DNA of 64,000 bases, taken from positions 31,310,001 through 31,374,000 of the forward strand of contig OZ024741.1 in NCBI GenBank assembly GCA_964016885.1, given 5' to 3'. Within the stretch, counting starts at the first letter, position 1. Every line of letters begins with the position of its first letter. The position numbers and the translations under genes are program-made. Source of the stretch: Eledone cirrhosa. Lineage: Eukaryota. Below, piece by piece: positions 17,760-35,499 of the stretch. A model generated the notes under the pieces. That model ran no database searches and was not told the DNA's origin. It saw only the letters and a list, made by a program, of their open reading frames with translations.

Positions 17760-20700
17760 TTACTGTAAGACACATATATACTGTAAGACACATATATACT
17801 GTAAGACACATATATACTGTAAGACACATAGATACTCTAAGGCACATATATATACTGTAAGACACATAGATACTGTAAGACACCTATATACTCTAAGACA
17901 CATATATATACTGTAAGACACATATATACTGTAAGACACATATATACTGTAAGACACGTATATATACTGTAAGACACATATATACTGTAAGACACATATA
18001 TACTGTAAGACACGTATATATACTGTAAGACAAATATATACTGTAAGACACATATATTTACTGTAAGACACATATATACTGTAAGACACATATATACTGT
18101 AAGACACATATATACTGTAAGACACATATATACTGTAAGACACATAGATACTGTAAGACACATATATATACTGTAAGACACATAGATACTGTAAGACACA
18201 TATATACTGTAAGACACATATATATACTGTAAGACACATATATACTGTAAGACACATATATACTGTAAGACACATATATACTGTAAGACACATAGATACT
18301 GTAAGACACATATATATACTGTAAGACACATAGATACTGTAAGACACATATATACTGTAAGACACATATATACTGTAAGACACATATATATTGTAAGACA
18401 CATATATACTGTAAGACACATAGATACTGTAAGACACATAGATACTGTAAGACACATATATATACTGTAAGACACATAGATACTGTAAGACACATATATA
18501 CTGTAAGACACATATATACTGTAAGACACATATATACTGTAAGACACATATATTTACTGTAAGACACATATATACTGTAAGACACATATATACTGTAAGA
18601 CACATATATATAGTAAGACACATATATACTGTAAGACACATATATTTACTGTAAGACACATATATACTGTAAGACACATATATACTGTAAGACACATATA
18701 TACTGTAAGACACATAGATACTGTAAGGCACATATATATACTTTAAGACACATAGATACTGTAAGACACCTATATACTCTAAGACACATATATATACTGT
18801 AAGACACATATATACTGTAAGACACATATATACTGTAAGACACGTATATATACTGTAAGACACATATATACTGTAAGACACATATATACTGTAAGACACG
18901 TATATATACTGTAAGACAAATATATACTGTAAGACACATATATTTACTGTAAGACACATATATACTGTAAGACACATATATACTGTAAGACACATATATA
19001 CTGTAAGACACATATATACTGTAAGACACATAGATACTGTAAGACACATATATATACTGTAAGACACATAGATACTGTAAGACACATATATACTGTAAGA
19101 CACATATATATACTGTAAGACACATATATACTGTAAGACACATATATACTGTAAGACACATATATACTGTAAGACACATAGATACTGTAAGACACATATA
19201 TATACTGTAAGACACATAGATACTGTAAGACACATAGATACTGTAAGACACATAGATACTGTAAGACACATATATATACTGTAAGACACATAGATACTGT
19301 AAGACACATATATACTGTAAGACACATATATACTGTAAGACACATATATACTGTAAGACACATATATTTACTGTAAGACACATATATACTGTAAGACACA
19401 TATATACTGTAAGACACATAGATACTGTAAGACACATAGATACTGTAAGACACATATATATACTGTAAGACACATAGATACTGTAAGACACATATATACT
19501 GTAAGACACATATATACTGTAAGACACATATATAATGTAAGACACATATATACTGTAAGACACATATATACTGTAAGACACATAGATACTGTAAGACACA
19601 TCTATACTGTAAGACACATATATGCTGTAAGACATATATATACTGTAAGACACATAGATACTGTAAGACACATATATACTGTAAGACACATAGATACTGT
19701 AAGACACATAGATACTGTAAGACACATATATACTGTAAGACACATATATACTGTAAGACACATATATACCGTAAGACACATATATACTGTAAGACACATA
19801 TATACTGTAAGACACATATATACTGTAAGACACATATATACTGTAAGACACATTTATACTGTAAGACACATATATACTGTAAGACACATATATACTGTAA
19901 GACATATATATACTGGAAGACACATATATATACTGTAAGACACATATATACTGTAAGACACATCTATACTGTAAGACACATAGATACTGTAAGCCACATA
20001 TATACTGTAAGACACATATATATACTGTAAGACACATATATACTGTAAGACACATATATACTGTAAGACACATATATACTGTAAGACACATAGATACTGT
20101 AAGACACATATATATACTGTAAGACACATAGATACTGTAAGACACATATATACTGTAAGACACATATATACTGTAAGACACATATATATTGTAAGACACA
20201 TATATACTGTAAGACACATAGATACTGTAAGACACATAGATACTGTAAGACACATATATATACTGTAAGACACATAGATACTGTAAGACACATATATACT
20301 GTAAGACACATATATACTGTAAGACACATATATACTGTAAGACACATATATTTACTGTAAGACACATATATACTGTAAGACACATATATACTGTAAGACA
20401 CATATATATAGTAAGACACATATATACTCTAAGGCACATATATATACTGTAAGACACATAGATACTGTAAGACACCTATATACTCTAAGACACATATATA
20501 TACTGTAAGACACATATATACTGTAAGACACATATATACTGTAAGACACGTATATATACTGTAAGACACATATATACTGTAAGACACATATATACTGTAA
20601 GACACGTATATATACTGTAAGACAAATATATACTGTAAGACACATATATTTACTGTAAGACACATATATACTGTAAGACACATATATACTGTAAGACACA

Positions 20701-23700
20701 TATATACTGTAAGACACATATATACTGTAAGACACATAGATACTGTAAGACACATATATATACTGTAAGACACATAGATACTGTAAGACACATATATACT
20801 GTAAGACACATATATATACTGTAAGACACATATATACTGTAAGACACATATATACTGTAAGACACATATATACTGTAAGACACATAGATACTGTAAGACA
20901 CATATATATACTGTAAGACACATAGATACTGTAAGACACATATATACTGTAAGACACATATATACTGTAAGACACATATATATTGTAAGACACATATATA
21001 CTGTAAGACACATAGATACTGTAAGACACATAGATACTGTAAGACACATATATATACTGTAAGACACATAGATACTGTAAGACACATATATACTGTAAGA
21101 CACATATATACTGTAAGACACATATATACTGTAAGACACATATATTTACTGTAAGACACATATATACTGTAAGACACATATATACTGTAAGACACATATA
21201 TATAGTAAGACACATATATACTGTAAGACACATATATTTACTGTAAGACACATATATACTGTAAGACACATATATACTGTAAGACACATATATACTGTAA
21301 GACACATAGATACTGTAAGGCACATATATATACTTTAAGACACATAGATACTGTAAGACACCTATATACTCTAAGACACATATATATACTGTAAGACACA
21401 TATATACTGTAAGACACATATATACTGTAAGACACGTATATATACTGTAAGACACATATATACTGTAAGACACATATATACTGTAAGACACGTATATATA
21501 CTTTAAGACAAATATATACTGTAAGACACATATATTTACTGTAAGACACATATATACTGTAAGACACATATATACTGTAAGACACATATATACTGTAAGA
21601 CACATATATACTGTAAGACACATAGATACTGTAAGACACATATATATACTGTAAGACACATAGATACTGTAAGACACATATATACTGTAAGACACATATA
21701 TATACTGTAAGACACATATATACTGTAAGACACATATATACTGTAAGACACATATATACTGTAAGACACATAGATACTGTAAGACACATATATATACTGT
21801 AAGACACATAGATACTGTAAGACACATAGATACTGTAAGACACATAGATACTGTAAGACACATATATATACTGTAAGACACATAGATACTGTAAGACACA
21901 TATATACTGTAAGACACATATATACTGTAAGACACATATATACTGTAAGACACATATATTTACTGTAAGACACATATATACTGTAAGACACATATATACT
22001 GTAAGACACATAGATACTGTAAGACACATAGATACTGTAAGACACATATATATACTGTAAGACACATAGATACTGTAAGACACATATATACTGTAAGACA
22101 CATATATACTGTAAGACACATATATAATGTAAGACACATATATACTGTAAGACACATATATACTGTAAGACACATAGATACTGTAAGACACATCTATACT
22201 GTAAGACACATATATGCTGTAAGACATATATATACTGTAAGACACATAGATACTGTAAGACACATATATACTGTAAGACACATAGATACTGTAAGACACA
22301 TAGATACTGTAAGACACATATATACTGTAAGACACATATATACTGTAAGACACATATATACTGTAAGACACATATATACCGTAAGACACATATATACTGT
22401 AAGACACATATATACTGTAAGACACATATATACTGTAAGACACATATATACTGTAAGACACATTTATACTGTAAGACACATATATACTGTAAGACACATA
22501 TATACTGTAAGACATATATATACTGGAAGACACATATATATACTGTAAGACACATATATACTGTAAGACACATCTATACTGTAAGACACATAGATACTGT
22601 AAGCCACATATATACTGTAAGACACATATATATACTGTAAGACACATATATACTGTAAGACACATATATACTGTAAGACACATATATACTGTAAGACACA
22701 TAGATACTGTAAGACACATATATATACTGTAAGACACATAGATACTGTAAGACACATATATACTGTAAGACACATATATACTGTAAGACACATATATATT
22801 GTAAGACACATATATACTGTAAGACACATAGATACTGTAAGACACATATATATACTGTAAGACACATAGATACTGTAAGACACATATATACTGTAAGACA
22901 CATATATACTGTAAGACACATATATACTGTAAGACACATATATTTACTGTAAGACACATATATACTGTAAGACACATATATACTGTAAGACACATATATA
23001 TAGTAAGACACATATATACTGTAAGACACATATATTTACTGTAAGACACATATATACTGTAAGACACATATATACTGTAAGACACATATATACTGTAAGA
23101 CACATAGATACTGTAAGGCACATATATATACTTTAAGACACATAGATACTGTAAGACACCTATATACTCTAAGACACATATATATACTGTAAGACACATA
23201 TATACTGTAAGACACATATATACTGTAAGACACGTATATATACTGTAAGACACATATATACTGTAAGACACATATATACTGTAAGACACGTATATATACT
23301 GTAAGACAAATATATACTGTAAGACACATATATTTACTGTAAGACACATATATACTGTAAGACACATATATACTGTAAGACACATATATACTGTAAGACA
23401 CATATATACTGTAAGACACATAGATACTGTAAGACACATATATATACTGTAAGACACATAGATACTGTAAGACACATATATACTGTAAGACACATATATA
23501 TACTGTAAAACACATATATACTGTAAGACACATATATACTGTAAGACACATATATATACTGTAAGACACATAGATACTGTAAGACACATATATACTGTAA
23601 GACACATATATACTGTAAGACACATATATACTGTAAGACACATATATTTACTGTAAGACACATATATACTGTAAGACACATATATACTGTAAGACACATA

Positions 23701-25800
23701 TATATAGTAAGACACATATATACTGTAAGACACATATATTTACTGTAAGACACATATATACTGTAAGACACATATATACTGTAAGACACATATATACTGT
23801 AAGACACATAGATACTGTAAGGCACATATATATACTTTAAGACACATAGATACTGTAAGACTCCTATATACTCTAAGACACATATATATACTGTAAGACA
23901 CATATATACTGTAAGACACATATATACTGTAAGACACGTATATATACTGTAAGACACATATATACTGTAAGACACATATATACTGTAAGACACGTATATA
24001 TACTGTAAGACAAATATATACTGTAAGACACATATATTTACTGTAAGACACATATATACTGTAAGACACATATATACTGTAAGACACATATATACTGTAA
24101 GACACATATATACTGTAAGACACATAGATACTGTAAGACACATATATATACTGTAAGACACATAGATACTGTAAGACACATATATACTGTAAGACACATA
24201 TATATACTGTAAGACACATATATACTGTAAGACACATATATACTGTAAGACACATATATACTGTAAGACACATAGATACTGTAAGACACATATATATACT
24301 GTAAGACACATAGATACTGTAAGACACATAGATACTGTAAGACACATAGATACTGTAAGACACATATATATACTGTAAGACACATAGATACTGTAAGACA
24401 CATATATACTGTAAGACACATATATACTGTAAGACACATATATACTGTAAGACACATATATTTACTGTAAGACACATATATACTGTAAGACACATATATA
24501 CTGTAAGACACATAGATACTGTAAGACACATAGATACTGTAAGACACATATATATACTGTAAGACACATAGATACTGTAAGACACATATATACTGTAAGA
24601 CACATATATACTGTAAGACACATATATAATGTAAGACACATATATACTGTAAGACACATATATACTGTAAGACACATAGATACTGTAAGACACATCTATA
24701 CTGTAAGACACATATATGCTGTAAGACATATATATACTGTAAGACACATAGATACTGTAAGACACATATATACTGTAAGACACATAGATACTGTAAGACA
24801 CATAGATACTGTAAGACACATATATACTGTAAGACACATATATACTGTAAGACACATATATACTGTAAGACACATATATACCGTAAGACACATATATACT
24901 GTAAGACACATATATACTGTAAGACACATATATACTGTAAGACACATATATACTGTAAGACACATTTATACTGTAAGACACATATATACTGTAAGACACA
25001 TATATACTGTAAGACATATATATACTGGAAGACACATATATATACTGTAAGACACATATATACTGTAAGACACATCTATACTGTAAGACACATAGATACT
25101 GTAAGCCACATATATACTGTAAGACACATATATATACTGTAAGACACATATATACTGTAAGATACATCTATACTGTAAGACACATAGATACTGTAAGACA
25201 CATATATACTGTAAGACACATATATACTGTAAGACACATATATACTGTAAGACACATATATATACTGTAAGGCACATATATACTGTAAGACACATATATA
25301 CTGTTAGACACATATATATACTGTAAGACACATATATACTGTAAGACACATATATACTGTAAGACACATATATACTGTAAGACACATATATACTGTAAGA
25401 CACATATATACTGTAAGACACATAGATACTGTAAGACACATATATACTGTAAGACACATATATACTGTAAGACACATAGATACTGTAAGACACATATATA
25501 TACTGTAAGACACATAGATACTGTAAGACACATATATACTGTAAGACACATATATACTGTAAGACACATATATATTGTAAGACACATATATACTGTAAGA
25601 CACATAGATACAGTAAGACACATATATACTGTAAGACACATATATATACTGTAAGACACATATATACTGTAAGACACATATATATAGTAAGACACATATA
25701 TACTGTAAGACACATATATTTACTGTAAGACACATATATACTGTAAGACACATATATACTGTAAGACACATATATACTGTAAGACACATAGATACTCTAA
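17760..25800. repeat. Run of ~2.5-2.6 kb higher-order units containing an internal 886-bp (once 704-bp) sub-repeat
   Basis: ORFs 17760..19361 and 20352..21953 are near-identical (offset 2592), and 21536..22573 and 24038..25075 are identical (offset 2502). CACCT marker pairs are 17883/18769 and 20475/21361 (886 bp), and 23159/23863 (704 bp). Confidence 0.85.
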
Positions 25801-27399
25801 GGCACATATATATACTGTAAGACACATAGATACTGTAAGACACCTATATACTCTAAGACACATATATATACTGTAAGACACATATATACTGTAAGACACA
25901 TATATACTGTAAGACACGTATATATACTGTAAGACACATATATACTGTAAGACACATATATACTGTAAGACACGTATATATACTGTAAGACAAATATATA
26001 CTGTAAGACACATATATTTACTGTAAGACACATATATACTGTAAGACACATATATACTGTAAGACACATATATACTGTAAGACACATATATACTGTAAGA
26101 CACATAGATACTGTAAGACACATATATATACTGTAAGACACATAGATACTGTAAGACACATATATACTGTAAGACACATATATATACTGTAAGACACATA
26201 TATACTGTAAGACACATATATACTGTAAGACACATATATACTGTAAGACACATAGATACTGTAAGACACATATATATACTGTAAGACACATAGATACTGT
26301 AAGACACATATATACTGTAAGACACATATATACTGTAAGACACATATATATTGTAAGACACATATATACTGTAAGACACATAGATACTGTAAGACACATA
26401 GATACTGTAAGACACATATATATACTGTAAGACACATAGATACTGTAAGACACATATATACTGTAAGACACATATATACTGTAAGACACATATATACTGT
26501 AAGACACATATATTTACTGTAAGACACATATATACTGTAAGACACATATATACTGTAAGACACATATATATAGTAAGACACATATATACTGTAAGACACA
26601 TATATTTACTGTAAGACACATATATACTGTAAGACACATATATACTGTAAGACACATATATACTGTAAGACACATAGATACTGTAAGGCACATATATATA
26701 CTTTAAGACACATAGATACTGTAAGACACCTATATACTCTAAGACACATATATATACTGTAAGACACATATATACTGTAAGACACATATATACTGTAAGA
26801 CACGTATATATACTGTAAGACACATATATACTGTAAGACACATATATACTGTAAGACACGTATATATACTGTAAGACAAATATATACTGTAAGACACATA
26901 TATTTACTGTAAGACACATATATACTGTAAGAGACATATATACTGTAAGACACATATATACTGTAAGACACATATATACTGTAAGACACATAGATACTGT
27001 AAGACACATATATATACTGTAAGACACATAGATACTGTAAGACACATATATACTGTAAGACACATATATATACTGTAAGACACATATATACTGTAAGACA
27101 CATATATACTGTAAGACACATATATACTGTAAGACACATAGATACTGTAAGACACATATATATACTGTAAGACACATAGATACTGTAAGACACATATATA
27201 CTGTAAGACACATATATACTGTAAGACACATATATATTGTAAGACACATATATACTGTAAGACACATAGATACTGTAAGACACATAGATACTGTAAGACA
27301 CATATATATACTGTAAGACACATAGATACTGTAAGACACATATATACTGTAAGACACATATATACTGTAAGACACATATATACTGTAAGACACATATAT

Positions 27400-30300
27400 T
27401 TACTGTAAGACACATATATACTGTAAGACACATATATACTGTAAGACACATATATACTGTAAGACACATAGATACTGTAAGACACATAGATACTGTAAGA
27501 CACATATATATACTGTAAGACACATAGATACTGTAAGACACATATATACTGTAAGACACATATATACTGTAAGACACATATATACTGTAAGACACGTAGA
27601 TACTGTAAGACACATAGATACTGTAAGACACATATATATACTGTAAGACACATAGATACTGTAAGACACATATATACTGTAAGACACATATATACTGTAA
27701 GACACATATATTTACTGTAAGACACATATATACTGTAAGACACATATATACTGTAAGACACATAGATACTGTAAGACACATGGTTACTGTAAGACACATA
27801 TATATACTGTAAGACACATAGATACTGTAAGACACATATATACTGTAAGACACATATATATACTGTAAGACACATATATACTGTAAGACACATAGATACT
27901 GTAAGACACATAGATACTGTAAGACACATGTATACTGTAAGACACATATATACTGTAAGACACATATATACTGTAAGACACATAGATACTGTAAGACACA
28001 TATATATACTGTAAGACACATATATACTGTAAGACACATATATACTGTAAGACACATATATACTGTAAGACACATATATATACTGTAAGACACATATATA
28101 CTGTAAGACACATATATACTGTAAGACACATATATACTGTAAGACACATATATACTGTAAGACAAATATATACTGTAAGACACATAGATACTGTAAGACA
28201 CATATATACTGTAAGACACATATATACTGTAAGACACGTATATATACTGTAAGAGACATATATACTGTAAGACACATAGATACTGTAAGACACATATATA
28301 TACTGTAAGACACATAGATACTGTAAGACACATATATACTGTAAGACACATATATACTGTAAGACACATATATAATGTAAGACACATATATACTGTAAGA
28401 CACATATATACTGTAAGACACATAGATACTGTAAGACACATCTATACTGTAAGACACATATATGCTGTAAGACATATATATACTGTAAGACACATAGATA
28501 CTGTAAGACACATATATACTGTAAGACACATAGATACTGTAAGACACATAGATACTGTAAGACACATATATACTGTAAGACACATATATACTGTAAGACA
28601 CATATATACTGTAAGACACATATATACCGTAAGACACATATATACTGTAAGACACATATACACTGTAAGACACATATATACTGTAAGACACATATATACT
28701 GTAAGACACATTTATACTGTAAGACACATATATACTGTAAGACACATATATACTGTAAGACATATATATACTGGAAGACACATATATATACTGTAAGACA
28801 CATATATACTGTAAGACACATCTATACTGTAAGACACATAGATACTGTAAGCCACATATATACTGTAAGACACATATATATACTGTAAGACACATATATA
28901 CTGTAAGATACATCTATACTGTAAGACACATAGATACTGTAAGACACATATATACTGTAAGACACATATATACTGTAAGACACATATATACTGTAAGACA
29001 CATATATATACTGTAAGACACATATATACTGTAAGACACATATATACTGTTAGACACATATATATACTGTAAGACACATATATACTGTAAGACACATATA
29101 TACTGTAAGACACATATATACTGTAAGACACATATATACTGTAAGACACATATATACTGTAAGACACATAGATACTGTAAGACACATATATACTGTAAGA
29201 CACATATATACTGTAAGACACATAGATACTGTAAGACACATATATATACTGTAAGACACATAGATACTGTAAGACACATATATACTGTAAGACACATATA
29301 TACTGTAAGACACATATATATTGTAAGACACATATATACTGTAAGACACATAGATACAGTAAGACACATATATACTGTAAGACACATATATATACTGTAA
29401 GACACATATATACTGTAAGACACATATATATAGTAAGACACATATATACTGTAAGACACATATATTTACTGTAAGACACATATATACTGTAAGACACATA
29501 TATACTGTAAGACACATATATACTGTAAGACACATAGATACTCTAAGGCACATATATATACTGTAAGACACATAGATACTGTAAGACACCTATATACTCT
29601 AAGACACATATATATACTGTAAGACACATATATACTGTAAGACACATATATACTGTAAGACACGTATATATACTGTAAGACACATATATACTGTAAGACA
29701 CATATATACTGTAAGACACGTATATATACTGTAAGACAAATATATACTGTAAGACACATATATTTACTGTAAGACACATATATACTGTAAGACACATATA
29801 TACTGTAAGACACATATATACTGTAAGACACATATATACTGTAAGACACATAGATACTGTAAGACACATATATATACTGTAAGACACATAGATACTGTAA
29901 GACACATATATACTGTAAGACACATATATATACTGTAAGACACATATATACTGTAAGACACATATATACTGTAAGACACATATATACTGTAAGACACATA
30001 GATACTGTAAGACACATATATATACTGTAAGACACATAGATACTGTAAGACACATATATACTGTAAGACACATATATACTGTAAGACACATATATATTGT
30101 AAGACACATATATACTGTAAGACACATAGATACTGTAAGACACATAGATACTGTAAGACACATATATATACTGTAAGACACATAGATACTGTAAGACACA
30201 TATATACTGTAAGACACATATATACTGTAAGACACATATATACTGTAAGACACATATATACTGTAAGACACATATATACTGTAAGACACATATATTTACT

Positions 30301-33190
30301 GTAAGACACATATATACTGTAAGACACATATATACTGTAAGACACATATATACTGTAAGACACATAGATACTGTAAGACACATAGATACTGTAAGACACA
30401 TATATATACTGTAAGACACATAGATACTGTAAGACACATATATACTGTAAGACACATATATACTGTAAGACACATATATACTGTAAGACACGTAGATACT
30501 GTAAGACACATAGATACTGTAAGACACATATATATACTGTAAGACACATAGATACTGTAAGACACATATATACTGTAAGACACATATATACTGTAAGACA
30601 CATATATTTACTGTAAGACACATATATACTGTAAGACACATATATACTGTAAGACACATAGATACTGTAAGACACATGGTTACTGTAAGACACATATATA
30701 TACTTTAAGACACATAGATACTGTAAGACACATATATACTGTAAGACACATATATATACTGTAAGACACATATATACTGTAAGACACATAGATACTGTAA
30801 GACACATAGATACTGTAAGACACATGTATACTGTAAGACACATATATACTGTAAGACACATATATACTGTAAGACACATAGATACTGTAAGACACATATA
30901 TATACTGTAAGACACATATATACTGTAAGACACATATATACTGTAAGACACATATATACTGTAAGACACATATATATACTGTAAGACACATATATACTGT
31001 AAGACACATATATACTGTAAGACACATATATACTGTAAGACACATATATACTGTAAGACACATATATACTGTAAGACACATAGATACTGTAAGACACATA
31101 TATACTGTAAGACACATATATACTGTAAGACACGTATATATACTGTAAGAGACATATATACTGTAAGACACATAGATACTGTAAGACACATATATATACT
31201 GTAAGACACATAGATACTGTAAGACACATATATACTGTAAGACACATATATACTGTAAGACACATATATAATGTAAGACACATATATACTGTAAGACACA
31301 TATATACTGTAAGACACATAGATACTGTAAGACACATCTATACTGTAAGACACATATATGCTGTAAGACATATATATACTGTAAGACACATAGATACTGT
31401 AAGACACATATATACTGTAAGACACATAGATACTGTAAGACACATAGATACTGTAAGACACATATATACTGTAAGACACATATATACTGTAAGACACATA
31501 TATACTGTAAGACACATATATACCGTAAGACACATATATACTGTAAGACACATATATACTGTAAGACACATATATACTGTAAGACACATATATACTGTAA
31601 GACACATTTATACTGTAAGACACATATATACTGTAAGACACATATATACTGTAAGACATATATATACTGGAAGACACATATATATACTGTAAGACACATA
31701 TATACTGTAAGACACATCTATACTGTAAGACACATAGATACTGTAAGCCACATATATACTGTAAGACACATATATATACTGTAAGACACATATATACTGT
31801 AAGATACATCTATACTGTAAGACACATAGATACTGTAAGACACATATATACTGTAAGACACATATATACTGTAAGACACATATATACTGTAAGACACATA
31901 TATATACTGTAAGACACATATATACTGTAAGACACATATATACTGTTAGACACATATATATACTGTAAGACACATATATACTGTAAGACACATATATACT
32001 GTAAGACACATATATACTGTAAGACACATATATACTGTAAGACACATATATACTGTAAGACACATAGATACTGTAAGACACATATATACTGTAAGACACA
32101 TATATACTGTAAGACACATAGATACTGTAAGACACATATATATACTGTAAGACACATAGATACTGTAAGACACATATATACTGTAAGACACATATATACT
32201 GTAAGACACATATATATTGTAAGACACATATATACTGTAAGACACATAGATACAGTAAGACACATATATACTGTAAGACACATATATATACTGTAAGACA
32301 CATATATACTGTAAGACACATATATATAGTAAGACACATATATACTGTAAGACACATATATTTACTGTAAGACACATATATACTGTAAGACACATATATA
32401 CTGTAAGACACATATATACTGTAAGACACATAGATACTCTAAGGCACATATATATACTGTAAGACACATAGATACTGTAAGACACCTATATACTCTAAGA
32501 CACATATATATACTGTAATACACATATATACTGTAAGACACATATATACTGTAAGACACGTATATATACTGTAAGACACATATATACTGTAAGACACATA
32601 TATACTGTAAGACACGTATATATACTGTAAGACAAATATATACTGTAAGACACATATATTTACTGTAAGACACATATATACTGTAAGACACATATATACT
32701 GTAAGACACATATATACTGTAAGACACATATATACTGTAAGACACATAGATACTGTAAGACACATATATATACTGTAAGACACATAGATACTGTAAGACA
32801 CATATATACTGTAAGACACATATATATACTGTAAGACACATATATACTGTAAGACACATATATACTGTAAGACACATATATACTGTAAGACACATAGATA
32901 CTGTAAGACACATATATATACTGTAAGACACATAGATACTGTAAGACACATATATACTGTAAGACACATATATACTGTAAGACACATATATATTGTAAGA
33001 CACATATATACTGTAAGACACATAGATACTGTAAGACACATAGATACTGTAAGACACATATATATACTGTAAGACACATAGATACTGTAAGACACATATA
33101 TACTGTAAGACACATATATACTGTAAGACACATATATACTGTAAGACACATATATTTACTGTAAGACACATATATACTGTAAGACACATA
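27400..33190. repeat. Tandem duplication with 2896-bp period
   Basis: GGTT marker 27782/30678, GCC marker 28851/31747 and CACCT marker 29589/32485. ORF pairs 27400..27705 / 30296..30601 and 28712..29533 / 31608..32429 are identical. Confidence 0.9.
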
Positions 33191-35499
33191 TATACTGTAA
33201 GACACATATATATAGTAAGACACATATATACTGTAAGACACATTTATTTACTGTAAGACACATATATACTGTAAGACACATATATACTGTAAGACACATA
33301 TATACTGTAAGACACATAGATACTGTAAGGCACATATATATACTTTAAGACACATAGATACTGTAAGACACCTATATACTCTAAGACACATATAAATACT
33401 GTAAGACACATATATACTGTAAGACACATATATACTGTAAGACACGTATATATACTGTAAGACACATATATACTGTAAGACACATATATACTGTAAGACA
33501 CATATATACTGTAAGACACATATATACTGTAAGACACATATATACTGTAAGACACGTATATATACTGTAAGACACATAGATACTGTAAGACACATATATA
33601 CTGTAAGACACATATATACTGTAAGACACATATATATTGTAAGACACATATATACTGTAAGATACATAGATACAGTAAGACACATATATACTGTAAGACA
33701 CATATATATACTGTAAGACACATATATACTGTAAGACACATATATATAGTAAGACACATATATACTGTAAGACACATATATTTACTGTAAGACACATATA
33801 TACTGTAAGACACATATATACTGTAAGACACATATATACTGTAAGACACATAGATACCCTAAGGCACATATATATACTGTAAGACACATAGATACTGTAA
33901 GACACCTATATATACTGTAAGACACATAGATACTGTATGACACATATATACTGTAAGACACATATATATACTGTAAGACACATATATACTGTAAGACACA
34001 TATATACTGTAAGACACATATATACTGTAAGACACATAGATACTGTAAGACACATATATATACTGTAAGACACATAGATACTGTAAGACACATATATACT
34101 GTAAGACACATATATACTGTAAGACACATATATATTGTAAGACACATATATACTGTAAGACACATAGATACTGTAAGACACATAGATACTGTAAGACACA
34201 TATATATACTGTAAGACACATAGATACTGTAAGACACATATATACTGTAAGAGACATATATACTGTAAGACACATATATACTGTAAGACACATATATTTA
34301 CTGTAAGACACATATATACTGTAAAGACACATATATACTGTAAGACACATATATACTGTAAGACACATAGATACTGTAAGACACATAGATACTGTAAGAC
34401 ACATATATATACTGTAAGACAAATAGATACTGTAAGACACATATATACTGTAAGACACATATATACTGTAAGACACATATATACTGTAAGACACGTAGAT
34501 ACTGTAAGACACATAGATACTGTAAGACACATATATATACTGTAAGACACATAGATACTGTAAGACACATATATACTGTAAGACACATATATACTGTAAG
34601 ACACATATATTTACTGTAAGACACATATATACTGTAAGACACATATATACTGTAAGACACATAGATACTGTAAGACACATGGTTACTGTAAGACACATAT
34701 ATATACTGTAAGACACATAGATACTGTAAGACACATATATACTGTAAGACACATATATATACTGTAAGACACATATATACTGTAAGACACATAGATACTG
34801 TAAGACACATAGATACTGTAAGACACATGTATACTGTAAGACACATATATACTGTAAGACACATATATACTGTAAGACACATAGATACTGTAAGACACAT
34901 ATATATACTGTAAGACACATATATACTGTAAGACACATATATACTGTAAGACACATATATACTGTAAGACACATATATATACTGTAAGACACATATATAC
35001 TGTAAGACACATATATACTGTAAGACACATATATACTGTAAGACACATATATACTGTAAGACACATATATGCTGTAAGACACATAGATACTGTAAGACAC
35101 ATATATACTGTAAGACACATATATACTGTAAGACACGTATATATACTGTAAGAGACATATATACTGTAAGACACATATATACTGTAAGACACATATATAC
35201 TGTAAGACACATAGATACTGTAAGACACATATATACTGTAAGACACATATATACTGTAAGACACATATATACTGTAAGACACATATATACCGTAAGACAC
35301 ATATATACTGTAAGACACATATATACTGTAAGACACATATATACTGTAAGACACGTATATATACTGTAAGACACATATATACTGTAAGACACATAGATAC
35401 TGTAAGACACATATATATACTGTAAGACACATATATACTGTAAGACACATATTTACTGTAAGACACATATATACTGTAAGACACATATATATTGTAAGA

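Noticed and set aside
18540-18660. 92-bp (5-monomer) spacing as half of a ~184-bp nucleosome repeat
   Set aside because: The 92-bp spacing recurs mainly because one module was copied. 20-mer spacing elsewhere is irregular, so no array-wide nucleosomal period is evident by eye.
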